A stretch of 64,000 bases of DNA from a virus, in the IMG/VR virus record IMGVR_UViG_3300036820_000009, positions 29,726 through 93,725 of that record. One strand, 5' to 3'. The notes beneath the pieces were generated by a model that was given only the letters and a program-made list of their open reading frames with translations, was not told the origin of the DNA and ran no database searches. Shown here one piece after another: positions 28,480 through 38,716 of this stretch (its first letter is position 1; the number at the start of each line of letters is the position of its first letter). A program made the translations under genes and the position numbers.

Positions 28480-29367
28480 TCAGCCGGCGATCGGCACCTC
28501 GACCTGAATCTCGGCCGCGGGCACGCCGCTCGGCGCGCCGCACACGGTGGCCGCCATGGTGATGGTGCTGATCACGCCATAGCTGCCGGTGATGATCAGG
28601 TTCATCGTGCCGGTCAGCTCGATCATGATTTCGGCAAACCAGAAGCCCGGAAGGTTTTGCGCCGGCTCGTTGGAAACCTGGCCGGTCGATGCCTGGTAGC
28701 GATGGGTAACGTCAAGCCCGATTTGCGCGAATGTCGACGGCAGCACAGCATTGAAAATGCCGATAACCGCGTTTTTGTAGAAATCGCGCTCGACAACACT
28801 ATCGGCCAGCACGGAAACGCGCCAGATTCTTTTGGCGAATCCCGTCATCACCCATTCGTTCTTGGCGTTGTAATTGGCAACATCCTGCCCGATCGGAATC
28901 TGATCCTGTTGTTCGAGGTCCAGATTGACGGTGACGAACGGCATCGGCGGCAAGCCGCCCAGCGGCATCGACGACAGCACCTTGGCGCGGCGCACGCCGG
29001 CGGGATTCGGCACCATGGAATTGATGCCGGCCTGCAACAGCCGGATCAGGATTTCGGTCAGCGGCGACGGCAGCAGCGTCAGCGCCGCCACGGGTTGAAT
29101 CGCCGGCGTCTGCACGGTGCCGTCGACGTCGGTGAGCTGGTAGACGTAAAGCTGCGTCGGATCGAGCGGTTCGGGCAGGCCGTCGCCGGTGTCGAGATAG
29201 AGGCGTAACGGATCCGTTACGTCCGCGCTGTACAATATGGTGAACGCGCCGAGCCCGCTGCTGCCGGACACCGCGCGTTCCAGCGTCACGGTGCCGCTCG
29301 GCGCGGTATCAATCGATAGCGTGATGGCACCGCCGGTCGGTACCACGGTGCCGGAAATTCTAGGCAT
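28480..29367 (-). CDS. Tail terminator/neck protein
   Basis: Position; PFVTVNLD...PIGQD, ERDFYK. Confidence 0.55.
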   Translation of the reverse strand: MPRISGTVVPTGGAITLSIDTAPSGTVTLERAVSGSSGLGAFTILYSADVTDPLRLYLDTGDGLPEPLDPTQLYVYQLTDVDGTVQTPAIQPVAALTLLPSPLTEILIRLLQAGINSMVPNPAGVRRAKVLSSMPLGGLPPMPFVTVNLDLEQQDQIPIGQDVANYNAKNEWVMTGFAKRIWRVSVLADSVVERDFYKNAVIGIFNAVLPSTFAQIGLDVTHRYQASTGQVSNEPAQNLPGFWFAEIMIELTGTMNLIITGSYGVISTITMAATVCGAPSGVPAAEIQVEVPIAG

Positions 29368-29907
29368 TCAAATGCCCCATGTTTTGCGCATCAGGTTGGA
29401 AAAATACTCGGCTGGCGCATAGGCCGCCATCGGCGGAATGATCCAGCCCGACATCGGCCGCGCCTCGCCGGCTTTGGGTGTCGCCGCAAATCCGCTGAAA
29501 CCGGTGCCGCGAATTTGCGCCCAGATGTTATTGCGCAGCGCGCGCGTCGACCGGTCGAACCGCGGCGCGCCACCACCCCCGCCGAACGGACCGGCGCCCC
29601 CGCGGTGCATGGGATAGACGCGGCCCGGTTCGAGATAGCGCTTCATATCGATCGCGCCATGGCCCGATTCGATTATCGCGGCTTCCGGCGCGCGCCATTC
29701 GTCGACGATGACCGCGACATGGCCCGGTCCTTTCGAGTCGATCCGGATCGCCGATGCATAGCGGCCGGTCGGATGCGCGATGCGCTTGCCATTGATTTCC
29801 AAGCCGCCCATCGCGAAATCGACCCACATGCGGAAGATTTCAAGCCCGACGCGGGTCAGCGAATCATGCGATAGGTCGGTATAGACGTTGAGCTCTGGTA
29901 GTGGCAT
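29368..29907 (-). CDS. Neck/tail completion protein
   Basis: TGRYASAI, AAIIESG...IDMK, SGWIIP motifs. Confidence 0.6.
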   Translation of the reverse strand: MPLPELNVYTDLSHDSLTRVGLEIFRMWVDFAMGGLEINGKRIAHPTGRYASAIRIDSKGPGHVAVIVDEWRAPEAAIIESGHGAIDMKRYLEPGRVYPMHRGGAGPFGGGGGAPRFDRSTRALRNNIWAQIRGTGFSGFAATPKAGEARPMSGWIIPPMAAYAPAEYFSNLMRKTWGI

Positions 29908-30020
29908 TCAGCAGCTATTTTTGTCGTCTAATATTTGATTTATCATAACCATGATTTGATCCGTGAAAAAATGGCGACGAACCGAATCTGAAATTGCCGA
30001 AATCGCTGTTCGACATTTTG

Positions 30021-31868
30021 TCAGAATGCCCGCGCATTGAAGGTCACGAGGTCGGCGGATGCCATGGTGCCGGTGAAGGTGCAGGAAGTGGTCGAGTAGG
30101 CCGATTGCTTCATCGCATCTGCCATGGTCGTCAGATCGTTCGCTTCGCAATACCAACCATGGGGAGCGGTCGCGGAGAAAGTGAGTATGACTGTCCCCGC
30201 CGCACACGCTCCATTAGCTTGGAAAGAGCCGGTAGTATTGCCGCCAACTTGGGTGTTGATGGGACAAGTGCCGGTCGGCGTCGGGGGCGAACCGCCAGCC
30301 GCCATGTTGTTCATCGTGCCCATTGTGGCGGGATTGATCGTCACGGTGCCGGTGCCGGTCGGCGAAATCAGAACATTAAAATTGGATGGATCAAGGTTGA
30401 CAGTGCCTCCGGTAATGATCGCACCACCTTGAAGCAAGGTGGTGCCGCTAGAAACCTTCAACGCGCGTGCGGTCCCGATGGTTACATTCATGCCTGCCAC
30501 CGGCGGCCCGGTGATCACCACGGTATCCGCATCATTGTAAGTGGTGGGGCTGCTGGCGACGAGCGTCGGCGCCGTCATCACATAGTCAAAATTCGTGGCG
30601 ACCGTTCCGCTCGAACTCGTGTCCGTCAGGGTCGCGGCGGCGCCTTGAAACTGTAGTCCCGCCGAACCCCACGCGGCGGACGAAATATTGCCCTGCAACA
30701 GCAATTCGCGCGTCAGGACTTCTTGATTGAAGAAGCCCTCGCCAGCCATCGTGACAAAAAATTCCTCGGCGGAATTTTCGGCGTTGGAAACCCGGAAGGC
30801 CCGATTGGTCGTATAGTCGGTATCGTCTGCGGGATAGGCATAGAATCCGGCGCCGCCCGCCGTTCCGGTGACATTTGCGATGTAGGCCACGCCGTCGTTG
30901 ACGGAGACGACCACTGCGTTTTTGGTGCCGTCGACTGTTGCCTCAATCGCGTGACCGTTTGCACAGTAGGGCACATACCCCGCAGGCGTGCTGCCGCACA
31001 AATTGAAGACCGAGAGAGCGTTCCCGCCGCCCTCCTGATTGATCCAAATGCCGCTTGTATCCCCACCATTGTCGGGCGGCGTGTAGAGCGAGATGGCGAT
31101 GCCACCAGTGTTGATCAGGCCGATGGCGCTTTGCGTGCCGGTTTGTGATCCCGTCGTGTTGACGGCCGAGCCGCTCGGGGTCGTAGAGATCTCAAAGGTA
31201 TTTGTCGTGATCGACGATCCGACCACATAATAATTCGTTCCGGTCGCCAAGCCGGTCGGGAGGGCGCCAGTGGTGTAGAACTGCACCTCGGCATTCGCGG
31301 CAAGCCCGTGGTTGGCCCACGTCACAACACCGGGAGATGCTATCGAGATCGTCACGACGGTTGGGACCGTCCTGACGTTCATCGTGATGCCTCTCTTGAC
31401 GTAATTCGAGAGGTTGGTCAGGTCGAAATCCAACGGCGCATTCAGCCACGTATTGGTATTGAGCCCCCCCGCCTCGCTGTAGCGCATATAGGCTTGAGTA
31501 TCGGAGATCCCGACACCCGGCATGTCTTGTGCGGTAATTTCCCCGTTTACGGTAATCGTATTAAAGGTTTGCAAACCGCTCCAAGTGTTTGGGTTGGTAA
31601 GATTGATATCCAATTCGGTATTGATTGTTGTGCCGCTAACTGTAAGCGTACTATTCGGTGACGTGATAGTGTCACCACTGCCTTCACCGGTAATATTTAA
31701 TTTCAAATTGCCATTGGCGTCACATTGTAGTGGCGCAGTTTGACCAGGTAGCAGAAGGATTGGGTTTTCGTTATATTGACAAAGAATGGCCGCTTTTGCT
31801 TGTTGTGAGATACTTATCAGTGAATGTATCCCTAAGCAAATAATGGCTATTGCTGTAAACTTTTTCAT
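30021..31868 (-). CDS. Signal-peptide-bearing T/G-rich fibre-like protein
   Basis: MKKFTAIAIICLG...AKA signal; VTISIASPGVVTWANHGL...YYV...TFEIS domain; low-GC 5' part. Confidence 0.65.
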   Translation of the reverse strand: MKKFTAIAIICLGIHSLISISQQAKAAILCQYNENPILLLPGQTAPLQCDANGNLKLNITGEGSGDTITSPNSTLTVSGTTINTELDINLTNPNTWSGLQTFNTITVNGEITAQDMPGVGISDTQAYMRYSEAGGLNTNTWLNAPLDFDLTNLSNYVKRGITMNVRTVPTVVTISIASPGVVTWANHGLAANAEVQFYTTGALPTGLATGTNYYVVGSSITTNTFEISTTPSGSAVNTTGSQTGTQSAIGLINTGGIAISLYTPPDNGGDTSGIWINQEGGGNALSVFNLCGSTPAGYVPYCANGHAIEATVDGTKNAVVVSVNDGVAYIANVTGTAGGAGFYAYPADDTDYTTNRAFRVSNAENSAEEFFVTMAGEGFFNQEVLTRELLLQGNISSAAWGSAGLQFQGAAATLTDTSSSGTVATNFDYVMTAPTLVASSPTTYNDADTVVITGPPVAGMNVTIGTARALKVSSGTTLLQGGAIITGGTVNLDPSNFNVLISPTGTGTVTINPATMGTMNNMAAGGSPPTPTGTCPINTQVGGNTTGSFQANGACAAGTVILTFSATAPHGWYCEANDLTTMADAMKQSAYSTTSCTFTGTMASADLVTFNARAF

Positions 31869-32050
31869 TCGCTAACCCCCAATAGATTTCCATTCTTGTC
31901 GCATTGAAGCGGTGCTGATTTTCCAGGCAAAATAATAATCGAACTGGAATTATATTGACAAGTTGCAGCTTCCTGCGCGATCGACTCGCGATCCGCATAA
32001 AAATTCAAAATCAATGCAATAAGAAGGAAAAATAAAATCACCTGTTTCAT
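31865..32050 (-). CDS. Small secreted protein sharing an N-terminal motif with the downstream gene
   Basis: MKQVILFFLLIALIL...; CQYN....ILPG..APLQCD.NGNL. Confidence 0.55.
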   Translation of the reverse strand: MKQVILFFLLIALILNFYADRESIAQEAATCQYNSSSIIILPGKSAPLQCDKNGNLLGVSE

Positions 32051-32074
32051 CGATATATCTCCCAATCAAGGCAG

Positions 32075-32854
32075 TTATAAGCCGGTCGGCGGATCGCCTG
32101 GGAATCGCGCGCGCGTCCACAGATCGAGCGTTTGCAGCATGAATCGGCGCGGCTCGTCGAGATTGCCGAAGGGCCGCATGTGCGTCATGCCGCCGACGCG
32201 CCGAAACGCGACATAGGTCGGCGCCGCGGTGAAATCGACGATTAGCGATGTGCCGCTGACGATGCCGCCGGATACCGTGATCGACACGCCGGACACGGTA
32301 TAGCCCAGCACCGGCACCACGATCTTGTTCACCGGATCGTACATGGTCACGGCGCCGCTCGGCGCGATCGTCACGCTTTGCTGGTAGGGCACCGACATGC
32401 GATAGGGATATTCGAGCTGCGCGTTGAACCGTTCGAGCGCGTTCACTTCGGTAAAAGCGTCGTACAGATTCGCCTCGCCATAGACATCGCCGGCAATCGA
32501 TGGAATCGTCAGCGTCGGCGTGGCATGCTGGATCAGGCCGCGATGCGTATCCATCAGCGCGCCAGGTTCATCCGGCGCCGGCGCGAAATGCGCCCATGTG
32601 ATCAGCCCGATAAACGGCGCGGCCGGCAGATCCCAATAGAAGCCGCGGCCGAAACATGTCTCGCATGCCGGATCCGGCGAACCTTCCACCGGACCGCCGA
32701 ACAGGCAGGGGCAGGTGTGCGATTTGCTCCAAAGCAGCGTGATGCCATAGGCGGTGATCAATTGATCGAACGGCGCCGTTGGCAGCACATAGGGATCGAT
32801 CGGCGGAAGATACGGAACGAAATCGCTTGGGGTTGGCGGGCCGCTCATGGTCAC
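32075..32854 (-). CDS. Head completion protein
   Basis: WSKSHTCPC...PDPACETCFGRGFYW motif as in K/SPO1-type neck proteins. Confidence 0.65.
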   Translation of the reverse strand: MTMSGPPTPSDFVPYLPPIDPYVLPTAPFDQLITAYGITLLWSKSHTCPCLFGGPVEGSPDPACETCFGRGFYWDLPAAPFIGLITWAHFAPAPDEPGALMDTHRGLIQHATPTLTIPSIAGDVYGEANLYDAFTEVNALERFNAQLEYPYRMSVPYQQSVTIAPSGAVTMYDPVNKIVVPVLGYTVSGVSITVSGGIVSGTSLIVDFTAAPTYVAFRRVGGMTHMRPFGNLDEPRRFMLQTLDLWTRARFPGDPPTGL

Positions 32855-33858
32855 ACCATATTGATCACAGGACCGGCCACCATGTTCTTCGCGCGGTCCA
32901 TCAAGCGATCGCGCATTTTTTGGAAATTATTGATCAGGCCGGCATAGGCGCCAAGTTTATCGAATTCGCGGCGCTGCAACAGGCCGTCGACCTGCGTCGT
33001 CATCGCCGCGGTGCCGAGATTGATCGTGCCCTGGATCGACGACAGCGCGATCGTCGCCGCTTCCGCAAGCACAAGCTGCTTCATGAACGAAAATCGATTG
33101 TTGTAATCGAACGGCGTCAGGCCCGCCGTGTATTGCAGCCATATCGCGCCCGGCACGTTCTCGGCGAAGCCCATGAACGCGAGCTGCATCGCGAACAGCG
33201 GCAACATCTGGACATTGGCGGCGGGCACATAGCGCACCAATCCGAAATCGCGATCCTCCACGTTCCAGGTCCGCGGCATCCGGAAGTAAGTATTGAGCAG
33301 CGGATAGATGAAGGCCGTGTTCTTGATCGCGGTATAGTTCAAGGGATCGTAGCTGAAACTCTGCACCGGCCGATAGCGCAGCGTCAGGTACATCCAGCCT
33401 TCGTCTTGCGCGCGCGAAAACATGAAATCGTAGGCGGCATCGGGCAGGTCGTAATCGATACCCTGATTCTGATAGCCGCCCGAACCGCTCGATACCAGCA
33501 GCCCGACCGCATTGGTGCTCTCGGGCGTCGGCGTCGGCGGCGACGCGACCCAGGTCTGGCACAGCAGGATGCTGGTGTCTTGCTCGACGGTGTCTTCGGC
33601 GTCGCGGATCCAGCCGAGAATGGTGCTCGGGTCGACCGGCACCGGCGGATTGCCGTAATAATAGAGCGGCACGCCGACGAAATTCTGAAGATCGGTCGCC
33701 TGCAAGCCGGTCTTGGTGTTGGTGTAGACGCCATTGCCCTGCGGATAGCCCGATACGCTCGGAATCGGCGCGCCGGACGTCGGCGTGGTCCACAGCCACA
33801 AGGCTTGCGTCGGAATGAACGGGGTATTGCCCTGTCCAAAGGCAGTGTCGTTCGGCAT
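32851..33858 (-). CDS. Head-tail adaptor protein
   Basis: EDTVEQDT, LRYRPV, PGAIWLQYTAGL motifs; position after MCP. Confidence 0.65.
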   Translation of the reverse strand: MPNDTAFGQGNTPFIPTQALWLWTTPTSGAPIPSVSGYPQGNGVYTNTKTGLQATDLQNFVGVPLYYYGNPPVPVDPSTILGWIRDAEDTVEQDTSILLCQTWVASPPTPTPESTNAVGLLVSSGSGGYQNQGIDYDLPDAAYDFMFSRAQDEGWMYLTLRYRPVQSFSYDPLNYTAIKNTAFIYPLLNTYFRMPRTWNVEDRDFGLVRYVPAANVQMLPLFAMQLAFMGFAENVPGAIWLQYTAGLTPFDYNNRFSFMKQLVLAEAATIALSSIQGTINLGTAAMTTQVDGLLQRREFDKLGAYAGLINNFQKMRDRLMDRAKNMVAGPVINMV

Positions 33859-34272
33859 TTACCGCTCGGTATGTGCCTCGGCTTCATGCTGGGCCGCATC
33901 TTCATGCTGGGCGACGTCGCCGGCGCGTGCCGGCGCCGCGCTGGCCATCGGCGGCGGCGGCGATGGCGGGCTCACGGATTTCGGTGGCGGCGGCGGTGGC
34001 GGTGGCGGGCTGGTGGATTCCAGCGATGCCGATTTGGAATCCAATTTGGTCGCGGCGATCGCGGCCGGCGCCGGCGCGGTGCCCATGGTTTCAATGGTCA
34101 CCTGCGGATGCGATCCGACCGCGGCGAGTTGATGCGGTTCGAGATCGGCGGCGACGAAAACCTTGCCGCGGCGCCGGAACAGCACGCCGCCGATGGCGCC
34201 GGCCTGCCGGCCCTGTCGGCGCCACATGCGGTCGATTTCGGATCCGGCCCTGAGAATGGCGTGCATGATCAT
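33859..34272 (-). CDS. Pro-rich hypothetical head-associated protein
   Basis: SD GAAGGGAG; poly-Pro linker. Confidence 0.55.
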   Translation of the reverse strand: MIMHAILRAGSEIDRMWRRQGRQAGAIGGVLFRRRGKVFVAADLEPHQLAAVGSHPQVTIETMGTAPAPAAIAATKLDSKSASLESTSPPPPPPPPPKSVSPPSPPPPMASAAPARAGDVAQHEDAAQHEAEAHTER

Positions 34273-34338
34273 CGGCGCAGCTCCCTTCAATCCGGCGCCA
34301 TCTTACCGCGCGGCGCCGCGATACCCTATATGCGACCC

Positions 34339-34371
34339 AAAAAAACATGGCCGTCCCGAGGGACGGCCATG
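34339..34371 (-). terminator. Rho-independent terminator after the major capsid gene
   Basis: CATGGCCGTCCC/GGGACGGCCATG stem plus 7 T on the minus strand. Confidence 0.88.
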
Positions 34372-34394
34372 AAGTTTGCGCGCCTGTTTTCCGG

Positions 34395-36173
34395 TCAGGA
34401 CGCGTTTGGATTCGGCTGCAACGGATTGAAGTCCGGATTGTCCGGGATGAAGTTGAGAATGGCGCCATGGAATTTCGGAATCTTGACGCGCACCGATCCG
34501 ATCATCGCGACCGCCCACGGCATGAAGAGGTTCTGCGCGAACAGGTCGATCTTGGTCAGCGGCAATAGATAGCGGAAATCGAGCGCCGCGTCATTCTCGT
34601 CGAGATCGAGCAGGAACAGCGTCTCGCCGCCCGGTTTCACCGTGTTGAGATCGGTGAAAGTGACGTTCGAGCCGGCATTCGCGGCCACGGTGCCGATGTA
34701 GCGGTACGATGCCGGGTTGGCCGCGCCGCTCGATGTCGGCACATAGCCGAGGCCCGACCGATAGATGCGGAACGAATTGTCGGTGGCTTCGGCGGGCTCG
34801 ACGGTGACGATATAGGCGCCGCCAACGGCCACGCCCGAAATCGACAGGCCGGTCATGTAGGTCAGGTACGATTCGTTCATCGACGCATCGCACGCGGCCG
34901 CGGCGTAGGAATAGATGCCGCTGCCGGCGGTATAGGTCGCATCCCATTCGCTGCCGGCGGCGACGCCGGTGGCCGCCACGGTCACGGCGGTCGGCCGCGT
35001 CGGGTTCGCGAGGAACGCCGCGTTGCTGCCATCCTCATAGATAATGGCCTGGGCGGGCTTCAGCCGCGCATCGATGTAGAGGTCGATCGGGAACTGGATC
35101 TCGCCGAACCGGGTGCGCATGCCCTGGAGATCGCCGTCGACGACAATGCCGGTCAGCCGCTCTTGGGACGGCGTGATGATGCTGACGATATTGTTCAGGA
35201 CGGTGGTGACCAGGCTTTGCAGCGAACCGGCGGTGATCGGCGACATGAACGCGTGCGTGATCCGGCCGAACTGGCGGTAGCTGGTGATCTGCGCGGCCGC
35301 CTCGTAGATCAGGTTGAAGAGCGTCTGCGACGCCGACCAGCCATGCGATGCCGTCGCCTGCTGGAATTCGTAAAAATCGAAGATATTGGCGGTCGGCAAT
35401 ACGCCGAGAATGCCTTGCGTCTGATTGGCGTACAGCGCCGGGTTGCCGTAATAGGTCGCCCAATTGACCGATTCGAGCACGGTCAGCGCGGCATTGATGT
35501 TTTCCTGCGCCGTGATGTCGACGAAGGAGTTTTGCGCCGCCAACGCGGTGGTGATCGCGCGGCCGTTCACCGCCAGCTTCAGCGTGATGTTGTACAGGCT
35601 GTACTTGCCCGCGCTGGTGTTGAGCTGGCCGGTCGACACGTTGCCGAACGCCTGGAACGCCGTGCCGGGCAGTCCGCCGCCGGTATCCCACGCATACGGC
35701 CAATAATCGACCACCTGGAACGCGCCGCTTTTCGGCAAGCACTGATAGAGCGTGAACGAATTCGGCCGCACGGTGCCGCGCGCCATCTGCGTGTCGAGCG
35801 ACACGTAGCCGAGCGATTGGCCGCCGGTGATCTGCGCGAAGTTGGTCAGCGTGCCGACGTCGAGCACCGCTTTCGAGATCTCGCCGGCCTTGGCGAGTTC
35901 CTGAAGCGACTTGAATTGCCGGGCGCGCACATTGGCGCGGAACGCGCGCGACACCGCGTTGAGCGGCTTGACGATGTCGTCGAGCCGCTTCAGGACGTTC
36001 TGGATGTCCGCCTTGCGCATCTCCGGCGGCTGGCACATGCCGAGAAAGAGATCGCGGAACCCGGTCGGCAAATCCTGCGGAATCGCGCTCAGGATCCCCG
36101 TCATTGCCTTCTGAAGGGCAAAGTCTTGCTCGTTCCGGGATCCACCGCTGAGCATGTAGGCGCCGCCGTCCAT
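34395..36173 (-). CDS. Major capsid protein
   Basis: After protease/scaffold and before a strong terminator; GGQSLGYVSLD...FTLYQCLPK and PLTKIDL resemble K/SPO1-type MCP. Confidence 0.8.
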   Translation of the reverse strand: MDGGAYMLSGGSRNEQDFALQKAMTGILSAIPQDLPTGFRDLFLGMCQPPEMRKADIQNVLKRLDDIVKPLNAVSRAFRANVRARQFKSLQELAKAGEISKAVLDVGTLTNFAQITGGQSLGYVSLDTQMARGTVRPNSFTLYQCLPKSGAFQVVDYWPYAWDTGGGLPGTAFQAFGNVSTGQLNTSAGKYSLYNITLKLAVNGRAITTALAAQNSFVDITAQENINAALTVLESVNWATYYGNPALYANQTQGILGVLPTANIFDFYEFQQATASHGWSASQTLFNLIYEAAAQITSYRQFGRITHAFMSPITAGSLQSLVTTVLNNIVSIITPSQERLTGIVVDGDLQGMRTRFGEIQFPIDLYIDARLKPAQAIIYEDGSNAAFLANPTRPTAVTVAATGVAAGSEWDATYTAGSGIYSYAAAACDASMNESYLTYMTGLSISGVAVGGAYIVTVEPAEATDNSFRIYRSGLGYVPTSSGAANPASYRYIGTVAANAGSNVTFTDLNTVKPGGETLFLLDLDENDAALDFRYLLPLTKIDLFAQNLFMPWAVAMIGSVRVKIPKFHGAILNFIPDNPDFNPLQPNPNAS

Positions 36174-36198
36174 ATGATATCTCCCGTGTCCGAGCCGG

Positions 36199-37545
36199 TT
36201 ACGCCGCCAACTTCATGGCGTGCGGTTCGAAGAGGTTGCGAATGATCGTCGGTGCCTTCTGGATCCGATCGCGCACGATCGTCGAATCGATCTGGCCTTT
36301 GTTCGCGGCTTCCAGTTGGTTGAGAATGTCCTTGGCCGCGAATTCATTGACCTGGTCGAGCTGGCCGTTGCCGACCATTTCCTCGATCTGCTGATGCAGC
36401 GACAGCGCCGCCGCCTCCTGGTCGGCTTTCGCCAGCGCCGGCATCGCGGCGGTACCGGCGGACCGGTTGCGCATGACGTCGAACATCTGGCCGATGGTCA
36501 TCTGAAGCATGCCGAGTCCATCGGTCGCTTTCTTGACCTGCTCTTGCAGCGTGGTGAGCTGCTGCGCCTTGGCCGCATCGTCCTGATTGCCGGTGGCGGG
36601 ATCCTTGCGATCGGCCTGGTTGCCGGTGGTGTCGGTCACCGCCTTTTCGGCGGTGCCGGCCGCCGCGGCGACCGCCGGCGTTGCGGCCGCGGCGGCAACC
36701 GCGGGGACCGCGGCGGCGATGGTGGCGGCGGTCGCGGTCGCGGCCTTCGCCTTTTCCTCGTCGTCTTCCTCGTCTTCCTCGTCTTCCTGCACGACGTTGA
36801 CGTCCGCCTTCAACATGGCGTCGGCGCCGCCGATGAGGTCGGTGATCGATTTGCGCAGCGGCGCGCCGGCCTTGCCCGCCGCGCTGGCATGGAGCCGCGC
36901 CTTGACGAGCAGCTTGGCGGCCGATTTACGCAGCGCCTTGATTTGCGCCTTGGCCTTTTTCTTCTCTTCCTTGTCCTCTTCGTCCTCCATCTCGGCCTTG
37001 ATGGCCTCGATCGACGCGAGCTGCGCGCGCGCCTTGGCGAACAGCTTCTTGGCCTTCGAGGCGTTGATTTCGACGACTTCGGAATCCTCTTCCTCTTCCT
37101 CTTCGTCGTCTTCGGCGGCCTTGATGATCGCGGCGATGAAAGTGCCATGGCCCTTCATCTGCTCGATCAATGCCGACAGCGCGCGGCCCTGCGCCTTCAC
37201 GGAACTGGCGACCGGCGCCAGCATCCGCTGAAAATCCTCGGCTTCGAGCTGGATGCCGTGCTGCCCGGCCGGTCGCGAATAATCGCGCACCATCTTCTCG
37301 GCGCCGCCGCCGGACGATGCTTCGGATGGGCCGGTCTTGAGTTCCTCGCGGGTCGGGTTCTTGTGAACTTCGCCGGCGCGCCAACGATCGGTGACGATTT
37401 CGCCGGCTTCGAGATCCTGCGAGCGCAGCGCCTCGACCGCTTTTTCGAGCGCGCTATCATCGACGAGCGACGCAATCACGCCGGGATCCGCTCCCTTGAG
37501 CACCTTGAGCGCATTGGCGATCACGGGCACGCTTGCGAGCTTCAT
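36199..37545 (-). CDS. Scaffold-like acidic/Ala-Lys-rich head protein (in frame with an upstream ChaB-like segment starting at 37824)
   Basis: AGGAG SD before ATG 37545; poly-E/D tracts, KA motifs. Confidence 0.65.
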   Translation of the reverse strand: MKLASVPVIANALKVLKGADPGVIASLVDDSALEKAVEALRSQDLEAGEIVTDRWRAGEVHKNPTREELKTGPSEASSGGGAEKMVRDYSRPAGQHGIQLEAEDFQRMLAPVASSVKAQGRALSALIEQMKGHGTFIAAIIKAAEDDEEEEEEDSEVVEINASKAKKLFAKARAQLASIEAIKAEMEDEEDKEEKKKAKAQIKALRKSAAKLLVKARLHASAAGKAGAPLRKSITDLIGGADAMLKADVNVVQEDEEDEEDDEEKAKAATATAATIAAAVPAVAAAAATPAVAAAAGTAEKAVTDTTGNQADRKDPATGNQDDAAKAQQLTTLQEQVKKATDGLGMLQMTIGQMFDVMRNRSAGTAAMPALAKADQEAAALSLHQQIEEMVGNGQLDQVNEFAAKDILNQLEAANKGQIDSTIVRDRIQKAPTIIRNLFEPHAMKLAA

Positions 37546-37825
37546 CGATTTCTCCTGAGCAGCGCAGTCTTCACAACAAGCCATGTTTCCGCCTTTTATC
37601 GCGGAATCAAAAAATCGCCTATATCGGGTCACAGTCGCCGCGACATGGCTCTTGCCGCCGGGATGCACGGTTTTGCCGGCCGCGTGAATGCATGCGCGGA
37701 TCGCATCCTGATCGGATCCGCCGCCGCGCAGCACCGCGTTGGCCGCGCGCGTGCATTTCTTCTTGGCTTCCTTATCCCAATTCTTTGCCGGCCTGGGCAC
37801 GTTGCCGGGATAGCGCCATGGCATG

Positions 37826-38716
37826 TCACGCCTCCATTGCGCGCTTTTTTTCGAGCAGCAGGTGATACATCAGCGCATGCGCGAACAACGCGGCCTGATC
37901 CGCCGGCGCGCCACAGCACAGCGAAAAATGATCGTGGAATCCCTTGACCGAATTGACGCCCTTGGTGAATGGGCAATCGCCCTTCATGTGCCGGTGATAT
38001 TGGCCGACCGCGCCATCGAGGTTGAACGGCATGGCCAGCGACATCGCCGGCGCCATGCCCGCCATTCCTTCGTTGAGACCGAGTGTTCCGGGCATTAGCG
38101 GCGATGCTCCCTTCAAGAATTCGATAAAGGCTTTCGCGGTGACGATTTTGGCATAGCCCTTGAGATCGGTGTTCACGGGGTTGCGCGTGAAGGCCAGGCT
38201 GCGCCAATCGATGCCCTTGACCAGGTAGCGCGTCGCGCCGCCGCCGCAGCTTTCCTGCGAGCAGTCGACCGTCATGCCCGCCTTGGGAAACCCATAGATC
38301 GATGCGCGCCATTTCACCGGCGGCTCGCTTTGCATCGATTGCCAGAATTCATCGTATTTGTATCGATCGGGACTGAAGGATCCGTCCTGCGATCGCATGA
38401 TTTCGCCGGTAACGCCGGTGCGGCCGTTGCCAAGATCCACCACTTCGGTCGGCCGGCCGACGATATAGGAGCTCGGATTCACGATGCCGATGCGCGCGCC
38501 GATTTCGGAAAAATGCTCCAGGTCGAGATGCCCGTTCTTGATGAAGTCGGGCGCCGAATCCATCAGTGCCTTTTGCAGGATGACATCGCCTTCGGCGTCC
38601 ACCGCCTCGCTCGACGCTTCCACCTTGACCAGCCGGCGCTCGCCTTCCGTGCTGGCCTTGATCAGCGCCGGAAACTGGATGATCACCGGGTTCTTCGTGA
38701 TGTCCGAGCTATACAT
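37826..38716 (-). CDS. Prohead protease
   Basis: EASSEAVDAEGDVI, GHLDLEH, ASIYG, LAFTRNPVN. Confidence 0.8.
   Translation of the reverse strand: MYSSDITKNPVIIQFPALIKASTEGERRLVKVEASSEAVDAEGDVILQKALMDSAPDFIKNGHLDLEHFSEIGARIGIVNPSSYIVGRPTEVVDLGNGRTGVTGEIMRSQDGSFSPDRYKYDEFWQSMQSEPPVKWRASIYGFPKAGMTVDCSQESCGGGATRYLVKGIDWRSLAFTRNPVNTDLKGYAKIVTAKAFIEFLKGASPLMPGTLGLNEGMAGMAPAMSLAMPFNLDGAVGQYHRHMKGDCPFTKGVNSVKGFHDHFSLCCGAPADQAALFAHALMYHLLLEKKRAMEA

Noticed and set aside
26449-29208. 919-aa + strand ORF and other long antisense ORFs (e.g. 32779-34572, 36220-37947, 42200-44011)
   Set aside because: Shadow frames of GC-rich minus-strand genes; Arg/Gly-rich, with no motifs
29908-30207. 99-aa ORF after the secreted fibre-like gene
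   Set aside because: Mostly overlaps the 615-aa gene in another frame; no convincing start or SD
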